Shown here in pieces: positions 8,664-19,183 of a stretch of 64,000 nt of DNA. Under the pieces are notes generated by a model. That model ran no database searches and was not told the origin of the DNA. It was given only the letters and a program-made list of their open reading frames with translations. A program made the position numbers and the translations under genes. How positions within the stretch are numbered: position 1 is the first letter of the stretch; the number at the start of each line of letters is the position of its first letter. Origin of the DNA: Candidatus Marinacidobacterales bacterium (lineage in GTDB: Bacteria > Acidobacteriota > Vicinamibacteria > Marinacidobacterales > SMYC01); NCBI GenBank assembly GCA_965237685.1, contig CBDEGF010000002.1, forward strand, positions 487,043-551,042. The letters run 5' to 3'.

Positions 8664-11450
8664 CTATCTCTCCACGGCGCTCGTCAGGTCGAGCGACACC
8701 ATCGAGATCAACTCCTCGTTGCTCATCTCAGTCAAGGCCGACTCCGCGCCGCCAGACAGGATCTCGTCGGAGAGCTTCTGTTTGCCGGCGATCAGCTCGT
8801 CGATGCGCTCCTCCACCGTGCCCCGGCAGAGGAACTTGTGAACGAGCACGTTCTTCTTTTGGCCGATGCGAAAGGCGCGGTCCGTGGCCTGGTTTTCGAC
8901 CGCCGGGTTCCACCACCGGTCGAAGTGGATCACATGGGACGCTGCGGTCAGGTTGAGCCCGAGGCCCCCCGCCTTCAGCGAAAGCACCATGAAGGGTACT
9001 CGATCGTTCTCCTGAAAGCTCTCGACCATCCCCTGGCGCTTCTTGACCGGCGTGCCGCCGTGTAGCACGAGGCCGCTGCGGCCGAAGACCTTGGTCAGAA
9101 AAGAAGCCAGCGGCTCCGTCATCTCGCGAAACTGGGTAAACACGAGCACTTTGTCCTGCCGCGCTGCGATGGACTCGCCGAGCTCGCGCAGTCGCGAGAG
9201 CTTGCCGCTGTCTTCATCCTCGTAGTTCCCGTCGCCGAGCCATTGGGACGGATGGTTGCAGATCTGCTTGAAGCGCATCAGAAAGGCGAGGACCACACCG
9301 CGCCGCTCGATGCCTTCGAGCTTTTCGATAGTCTTCTTCATCTCTTCGACCGACTGCTTGTACAGGGCAGCCTGGCGCTTGCTCAGAAGGCAGTAGGCAT
9401 TGACCTCGGTCTTGTCGGGCAAATCGGCAATGACCGTCTTGTCGGTCTTGAGCCTTCTCAATATGTACGGCTGCACCAGCCTGCGCAGCGGCGCGTAGCC
9501 TCCTTGCTTGCCCGACGCCATGGACTTGCACAGTCCATTGAAGGCCTTGGCCGAGCCCAGAAGCCCCGGGTTCAGGAAGTCGAAGATCGACCACAGATCG
9601 CCGAGCCGGTTCTCCACCGGCGTGCCGGTCAGAGCCAGGCGCCACTTCGCGTCCAGCGCCTTGACCGACTTGGTCTGCTTGGCACCAGGATTCTTGATGG
9701 CCTGGGCCTCGTCCAGGATCACGTACCGCCACGCATAGGATTTTATCCACTCGGTGCGCATCGCGGTGCCGTAGGTGGTGATCACCGCGTCGTGAGTCTC
9801 TACCTTCTTTATTGGTAGCTTCTTGAGCTCGGGCGAGGGGATACGCGACGGGTGGGCGATGAGCACCTCGAGCTGCGGGGCGAAGCGCTCGAACTCCAGG
9901 CGCCAGTTGTCGAGGAGCGAGGCCGGCACCACCAAGAGGTCTGTGCCCTTCTCCCTGTTGTGCCGACTCAGGTTGTTGCGCCGACTCAGGGACAGCACGC
10001 CGAGCACCTGGATAGTCTTGCCCAGGCCCATGTCGTCGGCCAGACAGCCGCCAAGCTCCAGACCGCGCAGGGTCCACAGCCACTGCACACCGAGCTTCTG
10101 GTAGGGTCGGAGCTCGCCCCGTAAGCCAGCGTCCGCGTCGATCTCCGCCCGTAGCTCGGACGAGCGCAGCGCGTCGAGCCTCGACGAAAGCCATTTTCCG
10201 GCGATGACTTCAGACCATTCCGGCCGGGCGTCCTCGGCACGGTCCGAGTCGCCGACATCGAGCTCGGCGCCTGCCAGCATGCGCATGGCCTCGCTAAAGC
10301 TCACTCCACCCGCCTGGGCTTGCTCTTGCACGTCGCGCCACTGATCGAGGACCTCGCCGAGCTTGTCCCTGTCCACCTCGACCCACTTGCCCTTGATCAG
10401 GACCAGGCCCTCGGTGGATGCGAGCAACGCGTCAATTTCCTTCGGTGACAGGCTCTTGCCGTCGAGGGTGAGCTTCACGTCGAAGTCCAAGAGGGCGTCC
10501 ATGCCGAGCGCCGACGGTGCCTTGCCGCCCACCGACACGGAGACCTTGGGGCGGGGACGACTCTTGGCGTTCCACCAGTCGGGCATACGTACGACCAGAC
10601 CGGCTTGCTCGTAGAGCGCGATCTCGCACAGGAAGCGGTGGGCCTCCTTTGGCGTCCAGGACAGCGGGTGGTAGATATCGCCGGAGTCGACCAGCTCGCG
10701 GACGAACTCGCTCTGCTCAGCCGCGCGCGACAGGGGAGAGAGCAGCGCGAGCAACTTCTGGCGGTTCTTCGCCCCGGCGTAGTCCTTGAGCGCACGCCCG
10801 AGTGGCAGATATTGGGGCTTGGCCTGCTTCGAAACCTTGTGCACGTAGGTCGCGATGAAGGCGAAGGGAAACGAAGGGTCGCGCTTGTTCTCGGCCAGAT
10901 GAAAGCAGACCCGTCCGACCACGTTCCAGACCGAGCTCTGCTTCTTCAGATAGCCCTGGACCCCGTCCTCGAACCGCGCTGCCTCGGCCGTCAGGGCCTT
11001 GCCGATGTCGGCCCACAGGTCGCCGAGCAGCGCGGGCGTGAGCAGCTCGGCGCCCTGCATGGGAGGCGTCGCCTCGAAGAAAGCCGCGATCTCGTCCGGG
11101 GCGGGGGCGGGGATGACCAGGGACTTCGGGTCGGTCGGATCCAGCGCACCGCAGACCCTGGCCACGAACGACCGCCCGATGTCGCGCCAGTACGAAAGCG
11201 TAGGGTGAAGTACGGTGTTCAGCTCTCCCGCGCCCAGGTGCAGCACTCCATGCCCGCGCCCGACGGTGAACGCATCGACAATGCGCCGTTGCACTGCGGT
11301 GGACAGGCTAGGGCCCTCATCAGCCTCATCAGGCGAGCCGGTGTGGACGTCAATGTGGCCGCTCGGCGTCAATCCGCAGAGAAGGCTGCCGCTTTTGTCA
11401 GGGGCGCTATCGAGGGAAAGCTGGGTCATTGGGTGTTGTTCATCTTTCAT
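8664..11450 (-). CDS. SNF2-family ATP-dependent helicase/translocase
   Basis: LADDMGLGKT, ILDEAQ, LTGTPVEN, GLNLTAA, WWNPAVENQATDRAFRIGQ; start uncertain. Confidence 0.95.
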   Translation of the reverse strand: MKDEQHPMTQLSLDSAPDKSGSLLCGLTPSGHIDVHTGSPDEADEGPSLSTAVQRRIVDAFTVGRGHGVLHLGAGELNTVLHPTLSYWRDIGRSFVARVCGALDPTDPKSLVIPAPAPDEIAAFFEATPPMQGAELLTPALLGDLWADIGKALTAEAARFEDGVQGYLKKQSSVWNVVGRVCFHLAENKRDPSFPFAFIATYVHKVSKQAKPQYLPLGRALKDYAGAKNRQKLLALLSPLSRAAEQSEFVRELVDSGDIYHPLSWTPKEAHRFLCEIALYEQAGLVVRMPDWWNAKSRPRPKVSVSVGGKAPSALGMDALLDFDVKLTLDGKSLSPKEIDALLASTEGLVLIKGKWVEVDRDKLGEVLDQWRDVQEQAQAGGVSFSEAMRMLAGAELDVGDSDRAEDARPEWSEVIAGKWLSSRLDALRSSELRAEIDADAGLRGELRPYQKLGVQWLWTLRGLELGGCLADDMGLGKTIQVLGVLSLSRRNNLSRHNREKGTDLLVVPASLLDNWRLEFERFAPQLEVLIAHPSRIPSPELKKLPIKKVETHDAVITTYGTAMRTEWIKSYAWRYVILDEAQAIKNPGAKQTKSVKALDAKWRLALTGTPVENRLGDLWSIFDFLNPGLLGSAKAFNGLCKSMASGKQGGYAPLRRLVQPYILRRLKTDKTVIADLPDKTEVNAYCLLSKRQAALYKQSVEEMKKTIEKLEGIERRGVVLAFLMRFKQICNHPSQWLGDGNYEDEDSGKLSRLRELGESIAARQDKVLVFTQFREMTEPLASFLTKVFGRSGLVLHGGTPVKKRQGMVESFQENDRVPFMVLSLKAGGLGLNLTAASHVIHFDRWWNPAVENQATDRAFRIGQKKNVLVHKFLCRGTVEERIDELIAGKQKLSDEILSGGAESALTEMSNEELISMVSLDLTSAVER

Positions 11451-11626
11451 CACCGCAAACCAGATCGGTATCTCGGCTATTTGCGTCAGCGACAACCGGG
11501 TGCTTCCCTGGGGTCGGCTACGACTGGCTCCTTCGTATCACATGCTGTTCGCAAGTTCAGCTGTAACATCGGAGGAATGCCCAGGTTCCCGGAATCAGTC
11601 TGGCCGCCCGCAGGCTTCGACCGACC

Positions 11627-11842
11627 GGCCGCTTCTCTGAGGACCTCGACTTCACCTTGGACAGCGACAGGCCCGACGATGACGTGCTCACAGAGCTCGT
11701 CGAAGTCTTCAACGGCGAGCACCACTGCATCGTCTTCACCTTTGATGAGTACTACAAGCCAAACCCAACGGAAAATGCGACTTGGACGCCCGATCACCTC
11801 ACGAGCCACCTGGATACACAGCAAGTCAAGCCATCCATCTGA
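11627..11842 (+). pseudogene. Fragment with AbiEii-like nucleotidyltransferase motif
   Basis: In-frame GRFSEDLDFTLD at 11627-11662; no intact N-terminus. Confidence 0.45.
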
Positions 11843-11939
11843 ACTATGAGGCCGGTGATATAAGTAACCTTCGAGTTAACTATTAGGCCGCTCAGCACTT
11901 AAAATCGAGTTTGGGTAAACTACACGGAAGGGGGGTGCG

Positions 11940-13334
11940 ATGTCACATCTACAAGCGACTACTATTACGGGCGACCTCGTCGTCCTTGAAGACGCGGACG
12001 TTAAAGAATTCTAAAAAGGGTTGCGCGGATACTTGCTCGGACGCGGCGATGACGGCTACGACGACGCCCGGAAGGTCTGGAACGGCATGATCGACAGGAG
12101 ACCCGCGCTGATTGCCCGCTGCACGGGAGCAGGGGATGTCATCCAGTGCGTGCGGTTTGCGCGCCAGCATGAGCTGCTCATATCCATTCGCGGCGGCGGG
12201 CACAATGTCGCGGGCAACGCCGTCTGTGACGGCGGCCTGATGATCGACCTGGCGCCGATGAAGAGCATCCGCGTCGATCCCGGCGCAAGGACGGCGCGCG
12301 CCGAGCCCGGTGTGCTCTGGGGCGAGTTCGATCGCGAGACCCAGGCTTTCGGCCTCGCGACCACCGGCGGCTTTGTCACGACGACGGGTATCGCCGGACT
12401 GACCCTGGGCGGTGGCCAAGGCTGGCTCGCCAGCAAGCACGGCTTCACCATCGACAACCTACTCTCGGTCGATATGGTGACGGCCGACGGGCAATTGCTC
12501 ACCGCGAGCGCCACACAGAACGAGGACCTGTTCTGGGCAGTGCGCGGCGCCGGGCACAACTTCGGTGTGGTTACCTCGTTTGAGTACCGGCTCCATCCTG
12601 TCAGCACGGTCCTCGGCGGGATGATCATCCATCCTTTCAACCGGGCGACCGACGTCTTGCGCTTCTACCGGGAGTTCACCGCCGATCTACCCGACGATCT
12701 AACTACCGCCGCAGCCATCCTGACCGGACCGGACGGGAACCTCGTGACCGCCATCGCCGTGTGCTATGCGGGGTCGCTCGAGGAGGGCGAGCGCGTCCTG
12801 GCACCGCTGCGCCGCTTCGGATCGCCTGTCGCTGACACGGCCGCGCCCATCCCCTACAGCGCCCAGCAGACAATCTTCGACGAGGCTTTCCCATACGGGA
12901 GGCTGAACTACTGGAAATCGAGCCTGACGGACGAACTGAGCGACGAGGTGATCGCGGCGGTCGTCGACTATGCCGGGCAGATGCCGTCGCCGCTTTCGGC
13001 GATCCCGATCGCGGACTTTCACGGCGCCTACCGCCGCGTGGGCAAGACCGAAACGGCCTACTATCACCGTGATCTCCGCTATGACATTGTCATCGCGGCG
13101 AACTGGACCGACCCGGCTGACACGGAGCGCAACGTACGGTGGACGCGCGATCTCTACGTGCTCCAGCGACACCTGCCATACGGGGTATATGTGAACGACC
13201 TGGACTACGACGAGGTGGAAGAGAGAGTCCGTCTCGCTTACGGCGAGAACTACGAGCGGCTCGTCACGCTCAAGAAGAAGTACGACCCGACGAACTTCTT
13301 TCGTGTGAATCAGAACATCAAACCGACCTTGTGA
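11940..13334 (+). pseudogene. FAD-binding oxidoreductase (berberine-bridge-enzyme-like) with early in-frame stop
   Basis: RGGGHN, GLTLGGG, DLFWAVRG, KYDPTNFF; ATG 11940 in frame but TAA at 12012-12014; possible restart at TTG 12021. Confidence 0.85.
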
Positions 13335-13429
13335 CAGCACCATACATGCAACGTCGGAGGGAAACTGGACAGACTCGTGGAGCGTTGAGCCGTTGACACC
13401 GTTCGTGCGTATCGTATCGAGTGAAGGCG

Positions 13430-13513
13430 ACGTAACATCACGTGCAGCCGTCGGACGCCGCCACCACCGCTTCCTCGATCGCGGGCGTCCGCAGCTGACG
13501 TGGGTCGTTAGGC
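13430..13513 (+). mobile_element. Integron attC site 1
   Basis: R'' ACGTAAC, L'' CACGT(G)CAGC / L' GCTGACGTG with one extrahelical base, inner stem CGGACGCC/GGCGTCCG, R' GTTAGGC. Confidence 0.75.
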
Positions 13514-13573
13514 GACTTTGAGTTGCTATCGTCTGCGAGACACGGGCGGGGTGTCGAGGTACAATCGAGTTAA

Positions 13574-13855
13574 ATGAGGGTTCGGTTCTATGTCGACCCA
13601 GCCACGGACCGCGCCCACATTTACGATCATGATGTGTCCGAAGAAGAGGTTGAAGAGGTGCTTGAGTCGCCGGGTGAGGATCGTCCGGGTAGAGAGGGCT
13701 CGCGAGTGGCCATCGGGCAAACTGAGGCCGGTCGCTACCTCCGAGTCATCTACAGTCCGGACCCTGAGCCCGACAGCGTCTTTGTGATTACCGCATACGA
13801 ACTCAAGGGCAAGCCACTTCTGGCATATCGGAGACGTCAAAGGAAGAGACGATGA
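13574..13855 (+). CDS. BrnT/DUF4258-like toxin (gene cassette)
   Basis: HIYDHDVSEEEVEEVL...AIGQTEAGRYLRVIY...FVITAYEL. Confidence 0.75.
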   Translation: MRVRFYVDPATDRAHIYDHDVSEEEVEEVLESPGEDRPGREGSRVAIGQTEAGRYLRVIYSPDPEPDSVFVITAYELKGKPLLAYRRRQRKRR

Positions 13856-14058
13856 AAGAAAGCGAATTCCCGCCGGGCTGGGACGAGGCTCGGGTTCGGA
13901 GAGTGCTTGCGCATTATGAGCGGCAGAACGAGGAGGAAGCAGTCGCTGAAGATGAAGCTGCCTACGAGAGTTCAACGCAAACTTTCGTAGAGATCCCGAA
14001 CGAGCTTCTGCCTGCTGTTCGCGAACTCATTGCCAAGCACGACAGCGACGGAGACTAG
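13852..14058 (+). CDS. Probable cognate antitoxin
   Basis: ATGA overlap with toxin; small acidic protein FPPGWDEARVRRVLAHYE. Confidence 0.7.
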   Translation: MKESEFPPGWDEARVRRVLAHYERQNEEEAVAEDEAAYESSTQTFVEIPNELLPAVRELIAKHDSDGD

Positions 14059-14113
14059 CTCCGTCCACTCGGGCAAGCCACGTGAGGCCATCCTTCGCCT
14101 GCATGAAGGAGTC

Positions 14114-14234
14114 GTCCAACCATGAGTTCGAGCGGACGGCGCCGAGTCCACGTGAATGAATGAGTGAAACGACGGTGGGGCTGCGCCTTCGGGAGCAGTG
14201 TCCCTCTGTGCCGCCGCTCAGCTCACTGTTAGAC
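14114..14234 (+). mobile_element. Integron attC site 2
   Basis: R'' GTCCAAC, L'' GAGTT(C)GAGCGG / L' CCGCTCAGCTC, R' GTTAGAC. Confidence 0.8.
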
Positions 14235-14427
14235 GGCAGGTTCCAGGAGCAAGTGACGAGCTGGGAAATGACCGATGGCACAATAAAGCTGGGCCTGCGG
14301 CGCGTCCAGTATGAGGATCCCGAGGGCGACGAGGAATCCCTATCGGACTCCAAGCACCACTGCGTTGACAGTGAGATTAGGCTGAGCGGCGAGGACGGCG
14401 AAATCTACGGGATCGATTGCGCATAAA

Positions 14428-14662
14428 TGGTGGTGTCCACGCTTCGCGCGCCTCGTCTGAGAACCAAACGGTGATGTTGCCACGGCTCCTGAGGCCACGC
14501 TCGTACTCCCGCCAGTTTGGTCACGCGATACTTCGTCTTGTATTTGCGATTCTCTCTAGTGGACTTGCGCGCGGCCATGGGTTCATCTCCTCGATATTCG
14601 ATGTATCGAGAAGCTCAGTCGAAGCGGTTGCCAGAGTCAAGAGCTATTCGCGCACCAAAGCC
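14428..14662 (-). mobile_element. IS5-family (IS903-like) remnant: left end plus frameshifted transposase N-terminus
   Basis: End GGCTTTGGTGC at 14662; ATG 14578 gives KYRVT(fs)NWREYERGLRSRGNITVWFSDEAREAW. Confidence 0.75.
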
Positions 14663-17205
14663 GGTAGGGATCCTTGACGCGTTCCTCCAAGACCCTGGCC
14701 GCTCGCTCGAAGCGCCGCACCCGAGTCCGATAAATGGCGACCGTGAGCCCGATGGCGGAAAGACTGGCGCATGCGCGGAACCACCAGGTCTGCCAAGGCG
14801 GTGGGTCCACGACGACGCGCACCGAGGCGACATGTTGGCTCCATCCCCGTCCTCATTGGCGGCCATGGCTTCGAGGGTGTAGTCCCCACCGGGAAGGCCG
14901 ACATACCGGCCGCGCCGCTCACCCCCGGCTTCGTACCAGTCGGAGTCGACCCCTTTGAGTCGGTAGCGATATCGAGTGGCCGCGGGGTTGCGATAGTCGA
15001 GAGCGGCGACCTCGAACTCGAAAGAGTTCTCTCGCCAATCGAGGTGGATCTCAGTGACCTGCTCCGGCGCCGGTCCGAGCTCCAGCGACTCTCCGTCCCG
15101 GGTAAACCCGGTCAAGAAAACCGGGGCCACGTTGAGCTCCTCCCGAATGGACTCGGGGCGAAAACGCGTGATCCCGCGATCGTAGAACCAGAGCTCGCCG
15201 TCTCGCGTCTCGAGCGGTGAGAACACGACGCCGACGTTCTTGAGGACTCCCCGGTTCATGCCGTAGTAGCGGTGGATGTTTTTCGAGGGGTCGATCCGAA
15301 CCAGTCCCTCGTGGCCCCCAACCACAGACTTCCCCAGCGATCGGCGATGACCGACATGACGCCCACAATCGGCAATGTGCCGTCGCGCTTTGACAAGTGC
15401 GTGAACGTCTCGGTTTCGGGATGAAAGCGATCGAGGCCGACGTCGGTTGCAACCCAAAACTCCCCGGTGGGCGCGCGGTAGAACTCGTAGACCGTATCGC
15501 TACTCAGCGACGTCGGATCGTCGGGATCGTGCTTGTACTTGCGGATGACTTGCTCGGTCTTTGGATCGAAGACATCTAGGCCACCCCCGAGCGTGCTGAT
15601 CCAGATGAGCCCGTCAGCCTCCTGGTGGATGTCGTACATCATGCTTCCGCTAACGGTGGTCTCCGGTCGATTGGGGTGAGAGCGGAAATACGTCGTCTCT
15701 CCGGTCTTCTTGTCGAGTCGAAGAAGACCCGAACCCGCGGTGCCCATCCATAAGATGTTGGGGTCGTGAACATCGTCGCCCGGCGCCAACGGCCAATTCT
15801 CCGCCGGATATGTAGCAATGACCTCGCCCGTCCGGCGATCCAGCTTGGTGATCCAATTGACCGATGTGAACCACAAGGTGCCTTCCCCGTCTTCGTATAC
15901 GGCCTGTCCGAAGGACTCCGGCAAGCTCTTGGGGTTTCCTGGCTCGTGGCGAAAATGGGTAAACGTGTCGGTGTCGCGATCGTAGCGATCGAGGCCGGAC
16001 CCAGCCACCGCGATCCACACCGCACCGTCGCTGTCTTCGATCAACCCGCCTATGTACGGCGTCTTGCTGATGCTGTTGCGAAAGCCAGGTTGGTGGCGAT
16101 ACACCGTAAACCTGCGCGGACTGTCGTCGTACCGATTCAGGTCTCCTCCCAGGCTGGCGATCCATATGGCGCCGCGTGAATCCGAGAATACGTTCATGAG
16201 AAAGTTGCTGCTAATACCGTCGGGGCGCCAGTCATCCGGGTCGTACTGAGCCCGTACAAAGCGATCGGATCCGGGTGGGAGGATGCTCAATCCGCCGCCG
16301 ACCGAAGTAATCCAAAGATTCCTCTCTTCATCTTCGAGCAAGGCGACCAAGAAGTTGTCGCCAATGGTCCCGGGATCCGTTGGGTCGTGGCGGTAGTGAG
16401 TGAACGTCTTGTTCGACCGATCCAAGCGACTGAGTCCTCCTCGGGTGCCGATCCACAGGGTCCCGTCTGAAGCTTCCAGGAGCCCGCTGACATGATTGAG
16501 CAGCTTGCTTGGATCGCCGCCCGGTACATCACCCGAGGTCGAATAGCGCTCGACCACCATTCCCTTCTCGGGGTCGAAGCGATGGAGGCCGCTGCGCGTA
16601 CCGATCCATAGAAATCCTTCAGAGTCCTCGATAATCGCGCTTACCCAGTCATCGAGGAGACTGCTTGGATCCTCAGGGTCGGCGTGGAAACGGGTGAAAT
16701 ATCCGGCGGACTTGTCGAATCGATTGAGTCCGCGCTCGGTCCCAATCCAGATCCTGCCCCGACGATCCTCGAGGATGGCCTGCAACATGAAGTTGGTAAT
16801 CCTGTCGTTGCTGATGCTGTGGGCATCGTCCGGATCGTGGAGGTAGGTCGTGAAGCCACCAGTCCGCTTGTCATAGACGCTGAGACCGCTCGCGGTGCCG
16901 ATCCAAATCAACCCTTCTCGGTCCTGATAGAGCGCGTTGACGTAGTTGCTGGCGATTGACGAGGGTCCAGCGACGTAGTGCTCGAAAGTATAACCGTTGT
17001 ACTTCGTGAGCCCGGTTTGGCTGCCCAACCAAAAAAAGCCGTCGCTATCCAGTAGTGCGGTGTTGAGCCTTGTTCCGGTGGCGATCTTTTGGAAACGAAG
17101 CGGTTCAATCCTGCTGGGGAGCGACTCCGTCGCCGCCCCGATGTGTTCGAACACCAGCATTACTGTAATGCAGGCGAGAATGCGACTTCCTTCACGTAGC
17201 TCCAT
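14663..17205 (-). pseudogene. Hybrid two-component sensor periplasmic region (Reg_prop beta-propellers, Y_Y_Y, TM), frameshifted and truncated before any output domain
   Basis: Repeated D..G.LWIGT..GL blades; frameshifts near G-runs at ~15317 and ~14846; YRYRLKG.D.DW, PPPWQTWW; cut by IS5 end. Confidence 0.85.
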
Positions 17206-17857
17206 GGCCTACATCTAGTCCTTCCAGGCGCTGAGACGTTACATTACGCCCTTCCCCCCGCCTCAATTTCTGCCGCCGGACGGCGTAACGAAACCTCCGG
17301 ACCGGAGACAACGTACGTGTAGCGATTTTGCCCTCTCGGCAGGAGGGGAGGGTCGAAATCATAGGACATTGGATCCCGGCCGCTGCTAGTGCCCTTGTCT
17401 CAGTAGTACGTTACATAAACCACGGCCCCTTTTGCGCGCTGGCTTCGTTGCGGCATTAGGGCAATTCGGCCTTCGGCCTAGCCCTCCGCTCGACAGGCTC
17501 GCTGCGGAAGGCGGGTCGGCACGCCTTGCCAGCACACAAAATGGCCTCTCACGACCGATACGGATAACCAGGCCAGCTTTGAAGTCGGCAACCTTGCCGA
17601 CTGGTTGACGTGGCGACGAGGACTTGTACCGGGTCGACGGCCAGAAGGATCGCGACAACTCTTATCGGCATGCTCGTGGACGACGGACGTTTGGCGATGA
17701 GGGGGGTGTGCCTGGTAATAAAAATGACTGACGGTGACAGCTCGGGCGGAACCGCTCTCGCCTTTTTGGTTGCGACGCCGACGGGCTAAGATATTCTTGG
17801 CCGAATCTTGGCGGTGAGCTCCTTTAGATTAGAATTGACAACGCGAGGAGGTGCGAG

Positions 17858-18822
17858 ATGACGACCATCGTGTTGGCTCATGGATTTCCCGGTTTTGCGA
17901 AATTCGGGAGACTGACTTATTTCAGGGACGTGGCGGCTTTCCTGGAGGATGAGCTCGGCGTCAAGGTTCTGACTCCGGATGTGGGGCCCTTCGGTCTCAT
18001 CGAAGAGAGGGCACTCAAATTGAAAGAGGCGATCGAAGCCGAATCCGACCGCGTGCACATCATCGCCCACAGCGCTGGAGGCATAGATGCACGTTATCTC
18101 ATTTCACCAGAGGGGCTAGAACTGGCCGATCGTGTGGCTTCGGTCACGACCGTTTCCACACCCCATCAGGGAGCTTCCATTGCGGAAGCCGCTCTAGGTT
18201 CGCTGAACTTCGCGAGCTTGAAAGAGCTGACCTCCAATAGCCCAGAAATCGACTCGGATCGCATGAAGCGGATTAGGGACAGCCTCTTGGGCGCGGTACA
18301 GGACCGTAAGGGTTCCTTCTTGCCCAAGATGCTGGGTCGCTTCTTGACCAGGATGCAGGGTGTCTTTGACTCTTCGTTGCCTTTCCCTTCCCTGGAATCT
18401 ACCAAACCGGAGGTGAGTCGCTTGGCGTTGGGCTTGTTCGGTGTGAAAGAGCTTACCGTCACGCTGAAAGTAGAGATAGAGCAATACACCAGAAAATCGA
18501 TGGAGCTTTTCAACAAAGAACACAAGGTTCCCGGAAACGTAAAATTTTTTCCTGCGCTGGCGCCTCGGGACCCGGAGAAGACGATATCCTGCCCCCAATT
18601 TTCTACCTTTCCTATCTCATCGTGCTTTCCAAGGAGGGGCCGAACGACGGCTGGATCTCCGTCCGCTCGGCAACCCGAGACACTTTCCGAAGAAAGGTTC
18701 CCGCCGACCACGCTCAAGTGGTTGGGCACGATTTCTCCCTCCTTAGTAGCCTCACCTTTCGAAGGCGGTTCAATCATCGCGAGTTCTATAAGCAAATTGT
18801 TGAGGAACTGCCTTCCAGTTAG
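17858..18822 (+). pseudogene. Triacylglycerol lipase/esterase (alpha/beta hydrolase), frameshifted
   Basis: VLAHGF, AHSAGG nucleophile elbow, STPHQG; after T-run at 18544-18550 another frame gives PNDG and DH. Confidence 0.8.
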
Positions 18823-19183
18823 CCCGTTGCTGGCGAGATTCGAGTCATCGTGCACCGGCTCAGCGGATGGCGTGATCGGATTGGTATGGGCGCCCGCGAG
18901 GATGCGCAGGGCGATCCAGCCCGAATCATCGACGTCGTGCTCGAACGAAACGTCCCGCCAACATGCGAATGTGACCGCGGGTTCCGCGTCGCGCGAACGC
19001 CGAACGATGCTCGCACCCCGTGTCCACGACGCCATGCGCGGGTGATGCGCAGGAGGTTTAGGCGCGTGAGCAAGAGCGACATGCTTGACATTGGTCAAGT
19101 CATGGCCGCTCTAGGACGGACGAAGCTCTGGTGCCGTTGTACGAAGAGCTCGTCTCAGAGGTGCGGGCGGCGCTGATCCTGTC

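Noticed and set aside
12012-12014. Possible recoded stop codon
   Set aside because: TAA is used as a normal stop elsewhere in the window; no recoding signal seen
17858-19045. 395-aa lipase as given by the ORF track
   Set aside because: Tail after ~18550 is off-frame; catalytic Asp/His motifs are in another frame ending at 18822
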